Shown here: positions 1-14,060 of the stretch, piece after piece
Position numbering within the stretch: the first letter of the stretch is position 1
Layout of the letters: the number at the start of each line of letters is the position of its first letter
Origin: Owenia fusiformis
Taxonomy: Eukaryota
Length of the DNA stretch: 64,000 nucleotides
NCBI GenBank assembly: GCA_903813345.2
Contig: CAIIXF020000001.1
Coordinates: 25,048,001-25,112,000 of the forward strand
Direction of reading: 5' to 3'
Notes under the pieces: model-generated
The model's database searches: none
The model's input: the letters and a program-made list of their open reading frames with translations, nothing else
Told to the model about the DNA's origin: nothing
Made by a program: the position numbers and the translations under genes

Positions 1-1217
1 AAATTACAAGGTTACGGGGGTGGGAGTATCACCGCGACAAGGTGGTCTAATAAACACGACTTATAGAATACTGCAGGGCTAGGTAGAAACGTTTTCTGTA
101 ACCCGAACGATCAAATGGAGTAAGGGGTTCGAAAGCTTTTGTGCCAAGTCCTTAGAAGGTATTTATTACTCGATATAATACCTGATCTGAGGAAAACTCA
201 CCAACATTTTTTTTAATTATAACCATACCAAATCCAATAGTGTATAGTAAGCTTAGTGCATATACAGTGGCCATATGGCAAAACCAGGCAAAACAGCCCA
301 ATTAACGCCATCATACTAGTCAAGATTTCTTATCTCGAGTTATGTCTAAGCTACATTTTGACACTAAAGTCAATAGGGTTCAAACATCTACTTTTTGAAA
401 TAATTGGTCAATTGTGACACTACCCCCCCCCCTCTCCATCTCTCTCTCTCTCTACTTTTTTTATTCAGCGGAAGTATTTAGGTGTACGGTGTCACTATTA
501 ACTGATTTGAAGCGAAAACTATGATGTAGGTTTGATGTAGGTTTTCAATGAATTAATTTGAGGAATACATAAAGTAATTCATGTTTGATTTCGTACATGT
601 ATTCAATTTGGAGGACATTTACCTTTCTAATTTCGATTTTTTTCGTTGTTAATCTACCCATGTAATTGGTCGGTTGGAAAATTGTGTTTTTTACACATTT
701 CCTTTGATCGTTTTCACCCCTGTCGTCTAAGAGTGCCGAATATTTTTTATGAGAATATGTTTTTCTAGACTACACAATTTAACACGGTTGAAGGTTTAAT
801 AAATATTCATGAATTTGGTATAGTTTAAGAAAATGAAAAATGTACGTTGTCATCTCCAATGTACGTTGTCCCGGTACTTGAAATGCATGAGATATAATAT
901 TAAACAATGCAATGATTTAATTTCAAAACGCATTAAGGGTTTTATGAGTAACAAGTGATGTTCAACGAACATGTTCATGTATCCCTGGTACAGATTAACA
1001 GGTAAAAGTGATTTTTTTACCCCTTGTTGAATGCTATTTCATTTTATGAAAGTGTTAATATGGTGATTAATATTTGATCTGACCATAGGGTGTTATCTTC
1101 CAACCTCTTTGACCATTCGGCGTCGGTACGTTACGTTATGTTATGTTGCACTTTATGAATTTTAATAATCTTAAGGAGATCTATACGAGCTAATCGAAGA
1201 TGACTTTCAAAATCCAG

Positions 1218-2560
1218 TTTTTTTTTAATAATCATTTATTTCAAATATATACTATACATACAATAATACAATAATAACGTTTGACTAGGTTACAAGTAAC
1301 ATTATTGTCAAACTAAAAACCTTAATGTAGTTACATTCATAAATTTTTACTTTACAAAGAAAGATTCATTATTTTATTTAAAATGGTCAAGTTGTGTGCT
1401 TAATGTGTAGAGTTTGGTTACGGGTCCAGTAGGTCTTTGGTGGATTGCAAAAATGATACACTTGCTTTGATTATTAAAATATTAGTATTATCATCAAAAT
1501 CAGGGTGACCAAATAAAAGCATGTCTATTTTATCAGAAGAATTACAATCTAAAAATGCACTTAAGCAATCCGCCATATGGAGATCTCTAAGGAGTTGACA
1601 TCTTGGGTTCGTGTATAGAGGGCATTGTAGAAAAAAGTGTTTTGGTGTTTCAGAGCGATGACCACAGGCACATTCTGGTGAAGGCACGTTGTTAAAATTA
1701 TGTGCAAAAAGCTGGCTTTTCAAATAAAGATCTACTCTGAGTCTATTAAATGAAACTTCATTTTTCCTTTTAACATTACTATAAGTTATGAAATTTGTAC
1801 CATTGAAATTTTCAAAATGTGCCTTGATCCTGCGTTTAAAAATTGAAATTCGCTCACAATTTCTTATATCATCAGGTAAAGTATTCCAAGTTTCAATTGC
1901 TGCATAGAAAGTAGATTTCTCAAACCTTTTACTTATATCTAAAGGAATATTGTATTCTCTGAAAGCTCTTAGAGTTCGAGTTGGAATATTTCTGCAACCA
2001 TTGAAAACTAGACTTACATATGGTGCTATTAAATTATGTCTGCTTTTGAAAAGAAAAGTACATAAATGAGATTTTCTTCTATCTGGTAACTTTGTCCAAT
2101 TTAAAATATCTAACACCTTCTGAGTGCTAGAGCCATGCAGAGCGCCAGTTATCAAACAAGCTGCATTATATTGAAGTCTGTCTAACTTAATCAAAGATAA
2201 TTCAGGAGCACTAGAATATAAGATATCACCATAGTCAATTCGACTCAAAATGAAGGCATTATAAATGGTTTCTAAGTGTTTAGATCTTAAAACATGAGTC
2301 AACCTTTTAAAAGGGTTTAGCAAAGCTTGAGACTGTTTTATTAATTCGTTAATATGCTCTTTTAAGGTTAGTTTTTGATCTAAAATGATACCCAGGTGCT
2401 TATGGGTATTTTGTTTATCTATTGGGTTAGTTCCCAAAAATAAAATTGGTTCGTTTTGAATAACAGTTGTTGGTGAAGTGAAAGTCAAGTCAACGGATTT
2501 TGAGGCTTTAAAGTTCATTTGCCATGTTTGGGCCCAGTTATATATTTTGTTAAGATCTTG
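1218..2560 (-). mobile_element. 5'-truncated non-LTR retrotransposon (CR1/L2-group-like), 3' part of RT ORF
   Basis: ORF 1418-2518 has RT C-terminal motifs (KHLGIILDQKL, YNAFILSRIDYG, CACG..ETPKHFFLQCP). The frame continues to ~2560 (DLNKIYNWAQTWQM). On the minus strand there is AATAAA at 1235-1240 and a short A tail at ~1218-1226. Confidence 0.85.
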
Positions 2561-3786
2561 TACATGCTATATCTGGAAAGTGCTGAAGTTATAAGGTTCT
2601 AGGTTAAATAAAGTTGAAGTGAATACTGTTATTGTTCAGTTTCAATTTAAAATGATGAATGATTTAATTTGTATTTTCTGTAAAACTTACGCTTTGCTTG
2701 TTTTGTTTTGGCGTGTGCTTTCAATGTTTATTTTTATAGTTGTTCAAACGGGGGCGACATAAAGACAGTATTCAACGTTTATAACCAAGGCTACTACTTC
2801 AATGAAACATAGAGTTTAATTAGCTTTCTTGCAATATTAGTATGTGATTTGAGTACCACTTCTTCAAAGCATCACCGTTTAATAGTAACTACTCACATTT
2901 AAATTAATATCAGGCTATGTAAGAAGGGAAACTATCGAATTCAAGTACAAACCAATTAGACAGGTTCCAATTCAAATAATTCAAGTTTTTGAGGCATTTT
3001 TTAGAAAAAGCAACAGACCTATTTTTACTAGATCAGTTTTTCATGCTGATAAAGATATTAAAAGATGACAGCTCAACGGGGTGGTCACGACACTAAATTT
3101 TGGCATTTTTACCCCCCTAGGAAAATATTCTAGGGGGCACTATGAAACTAGTTCATAACTCAAAGGATATATGAGCTATTGTTCTGAGTTGTACATCATA
3201 CATTGCTAGTACAAATATGAATACTATCCTAAAGTTATGGGTTGATACCCTTATTGGTCTCAGAAAAATACAAAAAACAGGAAAAAGATACGCAATTTTT
3301 GTCTTGCCAATTTTATATTTGTAGCTTCAAGCACAATATGAGAGCTTTAACAGCTCATAGTAGTATTCTAAAAACATTTCCAAGCTATGTGTGGTATTGT
3401 AATTCATCTATTTTAGTTATGAAGTACTATTTTGTAATTTTAATATGACTTTATAGTGCCCTACCCCTGGAAAATTGAAGAAAGTGGATGTGGTGAATTT
3501 TATCATTTTGCAGCATTAAGTTAGAAACATGTATTGATAGACACCAAATCAATAAATTCATACCATCATCAAATGTTAGGTGACATTCTAATTCATTTAT
3601 TACTAGAATATAGGACTTAAGATATTTTATATGTATGTGCATGTATCATAATGAAATCTAGTGTAATCACATACTAGAGAGGTTGGCATACAGTCTGGAC
3701 ATTGACATAAAGTCTAAACATTATAATCATCAATTGATCTCATTTGAGCAACTAGTCTATGGTGGTCATCATGCACAAGTAATGTA

Positions 3787-4621
3787 CAGTAGAACCTGCT
3801 AAGTGGAACACCTCGGTAAGTGGAACACCTCCCAAGTGGAACGCCTTTTCAAAGTCCCGTTTTAAAAACCCATTGACTTAATGTTATTTGAACCTCTGTA
3901 AGTGGAACACCTCCAAACTTGAACAGTGAACACCCTATATTGAAAAATTAACCTGCTAAGTGGAACAGTCAATTTCCATAGATTTCAATATTGATATGTA
4001 AACAGAATTAATCTCCTTCAATGATATCTGGGTATGAAAACAGGTAATACTGTGATAATTGGCAAATTAGGATTTTAATGGATTAACCTCCTGTAGAGGT
4101 CAACATGTGATGCAACCAATAATTAATTTGATAATCAGCAAATTAGGATTTCATAAGATTTTTATTCAGAAAATTGGATTAACCTCCTGTAGAACTGGAC
4201 ACGTGATGCTACCACTAATTAATATCCCTTGCTGTTTGTTTCAAACTTAATAAGTAAGATTAAAAATGTCATTTAAAAACAATTGAATTATAAGCAGTAG
4301 GAACAAGTCTTTAAAACTTAATTGCCTAATCCTTGTACCTGAGACTGGCACAATTAGGAGGATTAAGAATGTCAGAAAACATTTTGGCAGAATGAGAAGG
4401 ATTAAGAATGTCAGATACCTTTTTGAGTAAAATAAATGGATTATTAATGGTATATACCTGCCCTGTAATGAAGGGAGAATCATATTTCCAATGATACATG
4501 TAAGTCCTATATTTGATCTTGTATGTTCCCTGCGAACCCAAAACCTCCGTAAGTGGAACACCTTCTAAGTGGAACGCTTTATGGCAAAATGGAGAGTGTT
4601 CCACTTACACAGGTTCTACTG
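3787..4621. mobile_element. Tc1/mariner (pogo/Tigger-like) MITE
   Basis: TIRs CAGTAGAACCTG.. / ..CAGGTTCTACTG with TA on both sides, and repeated AAGTGGAAC subterminal motifs at both ends. Confidence 0.85.
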
Positions 4622-5051
4622 TATTTACATAATAATGTTATAAAGGAGCATGTAGGTTATCGCAAACAACTTCAGACAATTCTAACTTGAATTATGAATA
4701 TTTTCTGACCATGAACATACTATAGGAATATCCTATGGTTTTGAAAAAATATCATTTATATCCATGAGTGGATATTGATATCTTCATGAGTGAGCGCAGC
4801 GAATGAGTGAAGATATTTGTATCCATAAGTGGATATAATTGATATTTTTGAAAAACCATAGGATTGTCCGTTTATCCCATGGGAAATCATCATCAGCGAA
4901 AAAAGTTGAAAAACATAATTTGAGAAAAAAATTGAAAAAAAAATTGAAAAAAATTGTGAAAAAATGTTGAAATTTTTTTTGAAATTTTTTAAAAATATTT
5001 TTGAAAATAATTGAAAAATGTTAAAAGAACATTTTTTGAAAAAATTCGAAA

Positions 5052-5156
5052 CCATCGAATATCACTTTTCAATCCATCGAATATCACTTTTCAAACCATC
5101 GAATATCACTTTTAAGACGTGATATTCGATAGTTTAAAAGTGATATTCGATGGTTT
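5052..5156. repeat. 22-bp tandem repeat with inverted copies (end of a repeat element starting ~4720)
   Basis: CCATCGAATATCACTTTTCAA occurs three times, followed by inverted GTGATATTCGAT copies. Confidence 0.6.
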
Positions 5157-5183
5157 GTGAATTTTTTGCTAAAATATGATATC

Positions 5184-6290
5184 TTTTTTTTTTTTTTTTT
5201 TTTTTTTTTTTATTCCTTCATTCTTATTTATGTACATGTAAATGTAAATATAAATATGTACATGTAAATGTATTGCAATTAATAATATAAATACAATTTA
5301 CGTAGACAAAAAAATACACTTATAGTTATGTTGTAAATGTATGTTGACTAAATGAATGTTGAATAAAATTGCAATTGTTGTTGATTGTTGATTGATAAAA
5401 GAATGAGTAAGAATAAAGTGTATGTAAAACCAATGCAAGGGGTGTGCTTTCCTATCCTATTTTGATGCTGTTTACTATATGTTGTAAAGGGATCTACAAT
5501 GTTTTTATTTACTGCTTGAATATCTTTTGAGCAGTTTTCCATGCTTTGTCATGGGCTTCTAACTTGTTATTCTTCTCTGCATTGCTTCTGCTTATGATTT
5601 CCTGGGCTTCAACATATTTCTTGAGGCCTGTCATATTTGGTGGTTTATTGTCTAATTTGTTGAGATAGATGTAGTGTTTAACCAAGAGTAGCGTCAGGTT
5701 TTCTCCCAAACTGGTGTTCTCTCCTAGGAAGTATTTTGCTCTTGTCAGGTTTTGTATTTGACACAGTTGGGTGACCATCTCTATGAATGGTTTGACAGCT
5801 ATACATTCGTATAGTCCATGTTCGATGGTATCCTGTTTGTCTTCTTTACACAATTCACATTGTGGGCTTGTTTTGATTTTCATATTGTGTAGCATTTTGT
5901 TGAAAAATATTGTTCGAAGTAATATTCTATATTGGAAATATCTCAGTTTTGTTTCCTTTGTTGTTATGTATATTCTACAGTAGTTGCTTTTCCAGTTTAT
6001 ATTTGTGTTGTCTATCGCCTTTTCCCATAGTTGTTGTTGTTTTATTGGTTCTTCAGTGTGGCTTTTTATTAGTATGTTATATGTATCCTTATTCGTCATT
6101 GTTTGTAGTTCCTTTATAGAAATGGATTTTTCTTTCACATCAGTTTCTGTCTCGGTCCTTCTCGGTGATATATTTGATATCTTGATCCACATATCAAATA
6201 TATCTTCGTGTGATATTCGATCTATATCCTTGCAACCATGGGATAAATGGGTATATCTTTTAGATCTATTCATAATTATCTTCACGAAAA
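5184..6290 (-). mobile_element. 5'-truncated LINE (L1/Tx1-like), ORF2 C-terminus with zf-RVT-type motif
   Basis: ORF 5509-6285 contains KLRYFQYRILLR and CELCKEDKQDTIEHGLYEC. A long poly(T) at 5184-5211 is the poly(A) tail on the minus strand. Confidence 0.85.
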
Positions 6291-9200
6291 GTAAATATAA
6301 TGATTAATCAGACCTAAGTGATATTAAAGGGAATGGCCCAATCAACATACTTTTTACTAAAAATGTTGACCTAATTTTTACCAAAGATGCAACCTTTAAT
6401 TATATTGTTGAATGCATAATTAGAATATGCTTTGAGACATGTTCTATTTCCTAAGAGGAAAAGTGGATTGCTCCAGGGACTTCAAAGACACTGAATTTGG
6501 ATGACCAAAATGAACTGAAATCAATGGATAGCATGAATTTTTTCAAACGGGAAATAACATGGGGAACACTAATCTTAGGGGAATTCAGTTTTCTTTCAAA
6601 GAGCTATTTGATACATTAAAATAAAGAATAGAAATGCATTAAACATTGTTAAAATGATAGCATTTTTGGTGGAAATGAGGTCAACAACTTTGAAAAAATA
6701 TATTGATGGGTTGATTGCTAGTGAAATATCTCCGAGTCCGATTGACTTTATTATCCCTGTATACCTATCTTCATGGTCAGAAAATAGTCATAATCAAAGA
6801 TATAACTGTCTGAAATTGTTTGTGATAACTTACCTGAACCTTTCCAGGTCAAATCAGGAGTGACAAAATTATTTCCACCAAATTTTTGACATGTCTTCAA
6901 ATACGATAATATTTTCTTCATAAGATAGAGTGTCACTTGTTAAATTTATTGATTGACCTGAGATCGTACCATATCTTTATGACATAGAAGCGAAATAGCC
7001 ATATTGAACTTTAATGATGTTTGTTTAATTGTTGTTTGCCACTTTTCGACAATTGTCAAAATTTGGGGGTTTTGGGGAGGGGTACAATTAGGTTAAAAAA
7101 TTCACCTGATTCAGACTATCCTTAAATGAGCACTGATTCACCCGAGAGCATAACTTTTTCAAAACATGTAAGTGTTATTTTTGGACCACTCACATTAATG
7201 TTTCGTCTAATTTTCCCTCATAGTTTCATCATCATTGTCCAAATCTTATGCCATATTTGTTGAGATATATGAATGTTCATTATTAAAATCTTGCCTTCCT
7301 TTGCAGTTGGAAAAGATTCGGCATTAGGTGTTATAAGTCCCAGAGCACGATAAATAAAAAAATAACAACAAAATGACATAGAACTGATAGATGTTTTCTC
7401 CTGTGCGTGTCAGCCTTGGTCTACCAAATTGCTATTCAGTAGGAAGAAACTCATTTTTCAGTTTCCATTTTAATTTCCTGACAAATAGGGCGATCATCCC
7501 AGGATTTTTTCTATGATCTGTGTGTCGCCATAGCAACTTCTGTTTTAGAGAACAATAGAACAATAGAAAAGATTACTTTACCATAATTTTAATCATCCCA
7601 CATTGTAGAATTAAAAATATGAAGAAAATGACAAAACCTCTTAAAACACATTTCTTAGGAAACAAATAGTGTCGTATTCTTGTAACTATGGCAACAGAGT
7701 TTTTTCTTTTTGTCATTTTTGTCATACAGATTACCTATCATACCAGAACCAAATCCTGAAAATTTGAATTCAGTATCTTCATTAGTATCTTAGATATATA
7801 GGTTTCTAATAGTGTCCCCTGCAGATTTTATCGGATTATATAAGGAAAATGCTCTGAAGAGGGTTGCCCAAGGATGCCACTTAATAGTTCTGGTATTTTT
7901 GAGGTCCCAGCCCTCTATTCATGGGAATAGTTAACCATTGTAAAGCTACTCATGGTTAACTGACAGAATTGATTGTATCTTCAACTAAGAAGACAATAAA
8001 ATGTTAAAACCAGAAGAAAACCACACCAACTTTCTTCTATTTACCAGGGGTAGGGCACTATAAAGACATATTAAAATTACAAAATAGTACTTCATCACTA
8101 CAATAGATGTATTACAATATCACACATAGCTTGGGAATGTTGTTAGAATACTACTTTGAGCTGTTTAAGTTATCATATTTTGCTTGAAGCTACAAATATA
8201 AAATAAGCAAGAAAAATGACAAAAATTGCATATTTTTCTAATTAATTGCATTTTTCCGAAACCAACAAAGATATCAACCTATAACTTTAGGATAGTATTT
8301 ATCTCTGTTCTAACAATGTATGCTGTAGAACTCAGAACAATAGTTCATATATCCTTTGAGTTATGAACTAATATTATAGTACCCCCTAAAATAATTTCAC
8401 AGGGGGGTAAAAACGCTAAAATTCAGTGTCGTGACCACCCCGTTGAGCTGTCATCTTTTAATATCTTTATCAGCATGAAAAACTGATCCAGAAAAAATAT
8501 GTCTGTTGCTTTTTCTAAAAAATGCCTCAAAAACCCTTTCCCTTGAGATATTCTGAAATTGGAACCTGTCTAAATAACAATATACCGTAAGTAAATCTTC
8601 ACAAATTAAGCGTGACAGTTGAACGTGCGGGGTAAGGTACAACGCAAGGGTGATGCCAATTGAGCTAACTGCATGATGTTTTCGTCTGTAATTTAGTAAT
8701 AAGATAAGAAGTCTTAAGAAGTTGACAGAGAGATCTGTACAAGCTAGTAAAAGATGACTTTTTAAAATCCCGTTCACGCTATATCTGGAAAGTGCGGAGG
8801 TTCAATATAGTTCAATCAAGTTCAATTAGTAATACTGTGATTGTTCCGTTTCAGTTTTAAATGAATCTGATCCCCCTGCCTCATAGTGTTATGAAAAATA
8901 CGTTGTCTACATTAGGGTTAACTGTGAATTCAGATATGTAAGTTCAATGGGACAACGTACATCAAGATGACAACGTACACTTATGATTTTTTTATTATTT
9001 GAGCAAAAACGTGAATATATATAAAATCTTCAACCGACCTTAATTATGTTACTTAGGGAAACATATTCTCATAAAAATAATCGACACTCTTAGGCGACAG
9101 GGGAAAAAATTACCAAAGGAAATGTGAAAAAAACCAACATTTTTCAACCGATCGTTGTTGGTGGGTAGATTAACTACGAAAAAACTCGAGCACTGCTCGA

Positions 9201-11419
9201 AAATCTTTTAACGTAATTAGAAAGGTAAATGTCTTCCAAATCAAATACACACGAAATTAAACATGAAATCCTTTAAGTATTCCTCAGATTAATTTTTAAA
9301 ACCTATATCACACCCACATCATAGTTTTTGCTTCATATCAGCTAGAATAGTGACATCGTACATCTAAAGTGTACGAAGGCGTGTTTTGTCACTGTGCGTT
9401 GTCGATGGTTTGGTGTGTTCACAGCAAAAACAAAAATCGAACCAAATACGAACCTTCGCCCGCTATATGTGAAATTCGACCCTTTCCCGTCGCAGTGATA
9501 CTCACACCCCTGTGATTTCTCGCTCTGTATGCATAGGATGTAGCTCGCAGAGAAACTTACCAAGCTGTCATGACAACGGATCCGTCTCAATAACAAAATG
9601 AAGCAACATCCGACAATATTTTTTATTTTGTCTAGACTTATACAAACTTTGAGATGAGGGAAAGCCCTAGACATAAATTATTGCGTCTCTTGCAATTACC
9701 ACCTTCGTTTGTCAGATTTTTCATCGGCTACTTCACGAATACAACATGTTGTGATGTTCTATATATGTTAGCATATTCATCCATCACTTACCCCCCCCCC
9801 CCCCCCCCCCCCTATCACACCAAACTAGTTCTTACCCGTTCTTGCCTGTCCTACGAAAACGTCGTCGGGAAATATGTTTAAAATAATTAGCTACTTCGTT
9901 CATAAACAGTCTTCAATACGTCCATCTCATTCGCAGTTCGTTCAGGTCGCACCACATTGGTGTGCAACGTCGTATAACGCGTCACTTATTATTAGTCTAA
10001 AAGGTCATCATGACCTGATTACAGAACGGTATGGTCGCCATCGAATTTTGAATCGATTCAAAATTCTAAATCACATTCCCCGTCCGGGAAAGTCCATGAA
10101 GTTCGTAAACAGACCGTAGAACGTTGTAGTTCGCACACAGTATAAAACCAATTCGGCAACGTTTTGAAGAACGCAGTGACAACTGGTTCTGTTGTGATAG
10201 CTATTTTTGTTGATTCGTTCATAAGCAGTCTTTGATACGTTCATCTCGTCTTTATTCCGTCTGCAGTACGTTGGTATCAAGTTTAGATCGGGCTAAATTT
10301 TGCGTTCGTCTCGTCTACACAACGTATCCAAGCAGTTCAATTACGTCCTTAATCAGTTTAAACCAGTTGACAATTAGTTTCCACCAAATTTGCGTACGGT
10401 TGAACTCGTTCTAAAATAGTAAACATCGTGTCCCTAATCCGTGCAGAACGCATTTATAATCCCCTATTTTCCCGATTGCGGAAATACTCAGTCCGATGTT
10501 TTCCGTTTTCACTCACGTTCGCCAACTCGTAGGAACACATCGGACATAATAACATCCATGTGTACGACCGATCGGCATGCCTCCAAAGATAGTAAATGCA
10601 AAAAGAAAAAAGCGAAGATGGAGACGTCCATGGGCCTCCTGCCCCTGACTGTTTGGTGCAAGAAAAGCAACAACCCAAATCGCCTGTTGCATCTGGGTCA
10701 GAGGGGCATGACTCTGAGATAAGGTAAAGAGGATAACTAACTTTTATCCACAAGAAATTGTCTATGCCTGTGTAACTCGTACACACACATGCATAGCCAT
10801 AAGTAACAGAGTCTCCTTATCATCATTGTATACAGTTCCTAGAATCACTTTAAGCATAAAATCATCGTTCATTCATCGTTCAGATTACCCCTAGCTAAAT
10901 TGAGTAATGGTTTTCTGATATTAGTAAAAGCTGGACACGTGAAATTTGTGTCACCCTCACGGTGTCTTTTATTAAAATATGTCGAGGTTAATAATTTGAC
11001 CATCATTTTACAGAGATATAATACATTGGGGTTTTCTTTTGCGATCACCCACCATACATTCGGTTTTAGGATAGACATCGATCCTGTCACCACGTTTAGA
11101 TTTTTATACATTAATGATGATAAAACAGTACAATAATTGTTAAAACTCTTTTAAACACGTCCGTAGACTACAGTTCTAAATTCTTGTTTTGAAGGAACTT
11201 CAGCATTAAAAATTATGTTCTTAACATAGTCTATGAGGTTGTACTGCACAACAGTATCCAACATTTGAGATAATGGAGATTTCAGACCTCGAGATGGTGA
11301 TTTTAAATACACCATCCGTATTAACCTTTCTAGACAAATGACCTTATTATATGCAGCTTACAGGTAGCCTTAACAACATGTACAGAAACATCAATCTATC
11401 ACAGTCAATTTTTACTTTA

Positions 11420-12455
11420 GCAGACATCCATCCAAGCAGACTAGTGGCGACAGGGTCAGGCGTATTCTTTGGTAATGTATTGTATATTTTATACAACAAA
11501 AAACTGGAAGGTTATAAGGACACTAAGAAAAAACTATCTTTGCCAGCTGCTCTGGGAATAAAAATAGATGAGCTGAGGGTGTGGTATACAAGCTTGAGGA
11601 CCTAGACTGTATCCTTCGTCTGAAGTTTGTATAATGATAAATCATTACCTTATAAAGAACTTACAATATTATGTTTTCGTATATTGTCCTCTTACTGAAG
11701 ATATTCATAAAATATACAGACGCTTCTTGTAGCGAAGGCATTGATTAGGTCAAGCCATTTTGGCAATCCAATTCTCACATTAAACGAGATTTAATCAGTG
11801 ACGTCAGTCTATTTGTAAACAAATAACACGTGGAGCGGGCGGAGCAACATTACGGAAGCGTATTTATAAATTCAATTTGTGCGGGAATTTATCAGTAATT
11901 TATTATCATTATCCCGATTGATTTTCGTCATTTATAGTAAATAGAGCGGGAATATGCATGAAGAAGGCCGAGCTTATCAAGTGGTCATGTGTTGTTCAAA
12001 AATTTGCATATCTCGTTTGGATCTCGTGAACTCAAACGTCCTTGACATTGATTTCGCGACCAACTTATGAACACATCCTGAAGTTTTGATGAGTCTGAAC
12101 ATTTCATTCATTTATATCAACTTGTACCCGCCTTATACAAATACCTTTTGCTTCTTAATCTAGTTTCAGATGAACATCTCTCCAACATATTCACCAATTT
12201 TCAAGGTGAACATTCTTGTAATAAACGAGAAATTTATGTGCACAAAATATCGCCGCGATTTCCATGCGAAAGATATAAATCATAACAGACGGAATATTAT
12301 ATTCGGTCTGTTGGATACATAACCTACTACTTGAGGACCCGGTTTACGAAATTAAACAAGAAGAAGTCGAAAGATGACTTGTCTGAGATGACCGAAAGAG
12401 ACCAATGGGTGCTGAATAACTTTTCTTTTCTAGCCCCATTTACCTATGAAGTTAA
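11420..12455 (+). pseudogene. Harbinger second ORF (Myb/SANT-MADF-like DNA-binding protein), split by an insertion
   Basis: LYNKKLEGYKDTKKK..LGIKIDELRVWYTSLRT (to 11602) resumes at 12340 as RFTKLNKKKSKDDLSEMTERDQWVLNNFSFLAP. Confidence 0.7.
11603..12329. mobile_element. 727-bp insertion with 10-bp target-site duplication (Mutator-like?)
   Basis: CTTGAGGACC at 11593-11602 and 12330-12339; weak terminal symmetry (TAG..TGTATCC / GGATACA..CTA). Confidence 0.65.
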
Positions 12456-12547
12456 GGACAGTAGTTAGTGTAAGTATATCTTGCAATAACAACGTTAATT
12501 CAGAATTTTATGAAATAATTTTGACTTATTATTTATAATTATTTCAA

Positions 12548-12685
12548 GGTACACATTTGATCTGATTCATTGGCCGGCGTCCGGCCGATAGAGCATCAGA
12601 TACGTCTTCAAAACTGAATACACTCTTGTGAACAAAATACTCAATCGGCCGTGCGACGGCCGATGAATCGGAGCAAGTGTGACCA
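12548..12685. mobile_element. Small MITE; related copy at ~28505-28600
   Basis: Imperfect TIRs GGTACACATTTGATCTGATTCATTGGCCG / CGGCCGATGAATCGGAGCAAGTGTGACC; CGGAGCAA.TGTGACCAAGGC recurs near 28580-28600. Confidence 0.55.
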
Positions 12686-12871
12686 AGGCAATAGCGGGTC
12701 CATTTTACTTTAAACAAAATACACATTTTATTTGTGAATATACTTTAATATATGTAAATCATTGAAGATATACTAGAATAGTAATGTCATATGTATTTTA
12801 TAAATGTAATTTTAGTAAACTTTTATCACATAACCGATGTCCTTGGTTATCTTAATATATGGAATTCATAG

Positions 12872-14060
12872 TTAAATTATTCTATCCTGCCATGGTACAC
12901 TTCCCGCTGGGCTGTTGAAATGGGCCTTTAAATAGTCCATTTGTCTCTTGGCCAGAAGTGTGTCCCTGTTTACACCTTGTGGAACGTTCAAGTCTGGCAG
13001 GTTAGCATCGATTCTCCAAGCACCAGGTATAACGTTATATTCGACGTCTTCTGTATTTAATTGTATGTTCTGAATGGTTGGATTTCGGAGCTGGATAAAA
13101 TTACGAAGGCACACACAACATTCCACGATAGTCTGTATAGTGGTATAGTGACTACTCTCTGTTGCATTGTGGATAAGAGGACTCTGCATCTTTGGGCCAA
13201 AATTCCAAATGCATTTTCGACTATACGTCTGCCTCTAGAGATACGGTAGTTAGCTATCATCTCTTCTGCTATCAGATTATGGACTGACTGAATATGGCTT
13301 CATCAGGTATGTGCGTGCGGAGACCGAAAGCGTCATCGTCCAGGATAAAATAGGGAAAGTCCTGTGTATCATTTGGCAAGGGGTTGGGCGGAGGGAGTCC
13401 GATGGACCCATCTTCTTAGCAATCTGTGAGTTCTGACTGGTTGTAGATTTGGGCATCCGACTGACTTCCACAACCACCAACATCTATCCACGTGAACTTA
13501 TAATCGGCATCTACTAGGGCCATAAGGACAATAGAAAAGAAGCCTTCATAATTGTGGTACATGCTTCCAGTTTTTGCAGGCTTTTTAATGGCTACATGTT
13601 TTCCATCTAGGGCACTGCAGGAATGTGGGATACAGCGCGTCTGGAAATCCTTAGCAACTTCTTTCCAGGTACCTCGGTCAACAGGGCATACAATGACTTC
13701 ATCCTTAAGCACCATCACCAACGCCTCACAGACGTCTTTCACCAACAAGGAGATTGTATTTTTGGCTACTCGGAATATCTTATTGAAGGCTTACATATGA
13801 ATTCCCTGTGGCCAAAGGACGCAAGGTAGTAGCAAGTTTCATTCCTGGTTGAAGAGCCTTTCTGTAGTTGGTGTCTTGTTTTTTTAATGAAGGGGTGATA
13901 CGTTCAACAAGTTCGTCAAACATAGGTGGGGTGATCCTCAAAAAGTTATGAAACGTCATTCATCATTCAGTCGAAGTTCCTCCATCAGCTGATGATAATG
14001 TCCTACAGCTATTCTCCTCTCAGGTGTCAGCCAATTCCTCACCCATACGTTCTTGGTGTT
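12872..14060 (-). pseudogene. Frameshifted Harbinger (HARBI1-like DDE) transposase
   Basis: Fragments in different frames: [97 protein letters not shown]-like C-terminus (HFNSPAGSVPWQ). Confidence 0.9.

Larger units (their letters stand above)
2956..8573. mobile_element. Inner non-autonomous element with ~540-bp terminal inverted repeats
   Basis: 2956-~3495 is the reverse complement of ~8020-8573, including the long near-perfect stretch GATCAGTTTTTCATGCTGATAAAGATATTAAAAGATGACAGCTCAACGGGGTGGTCACGACACT. Confidence 0.8.
477..9367. mobile_element. Outer long inverted-repeat (foldback-type) element enclosing nested insertions
   Basis: ~477-870 is a diverged reverse complement of ~8947-9367 (e.g. 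GGACATTTACCTTTCTAATT vs AATTAGAAAGGTAAATGTC; CCCCTGTCGTCTAAGAGTGCCGA vs TCGACACTCTTAGGCGACAGGGG). Ends are approximate and no TSD was seen. Confidence 0.6.
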
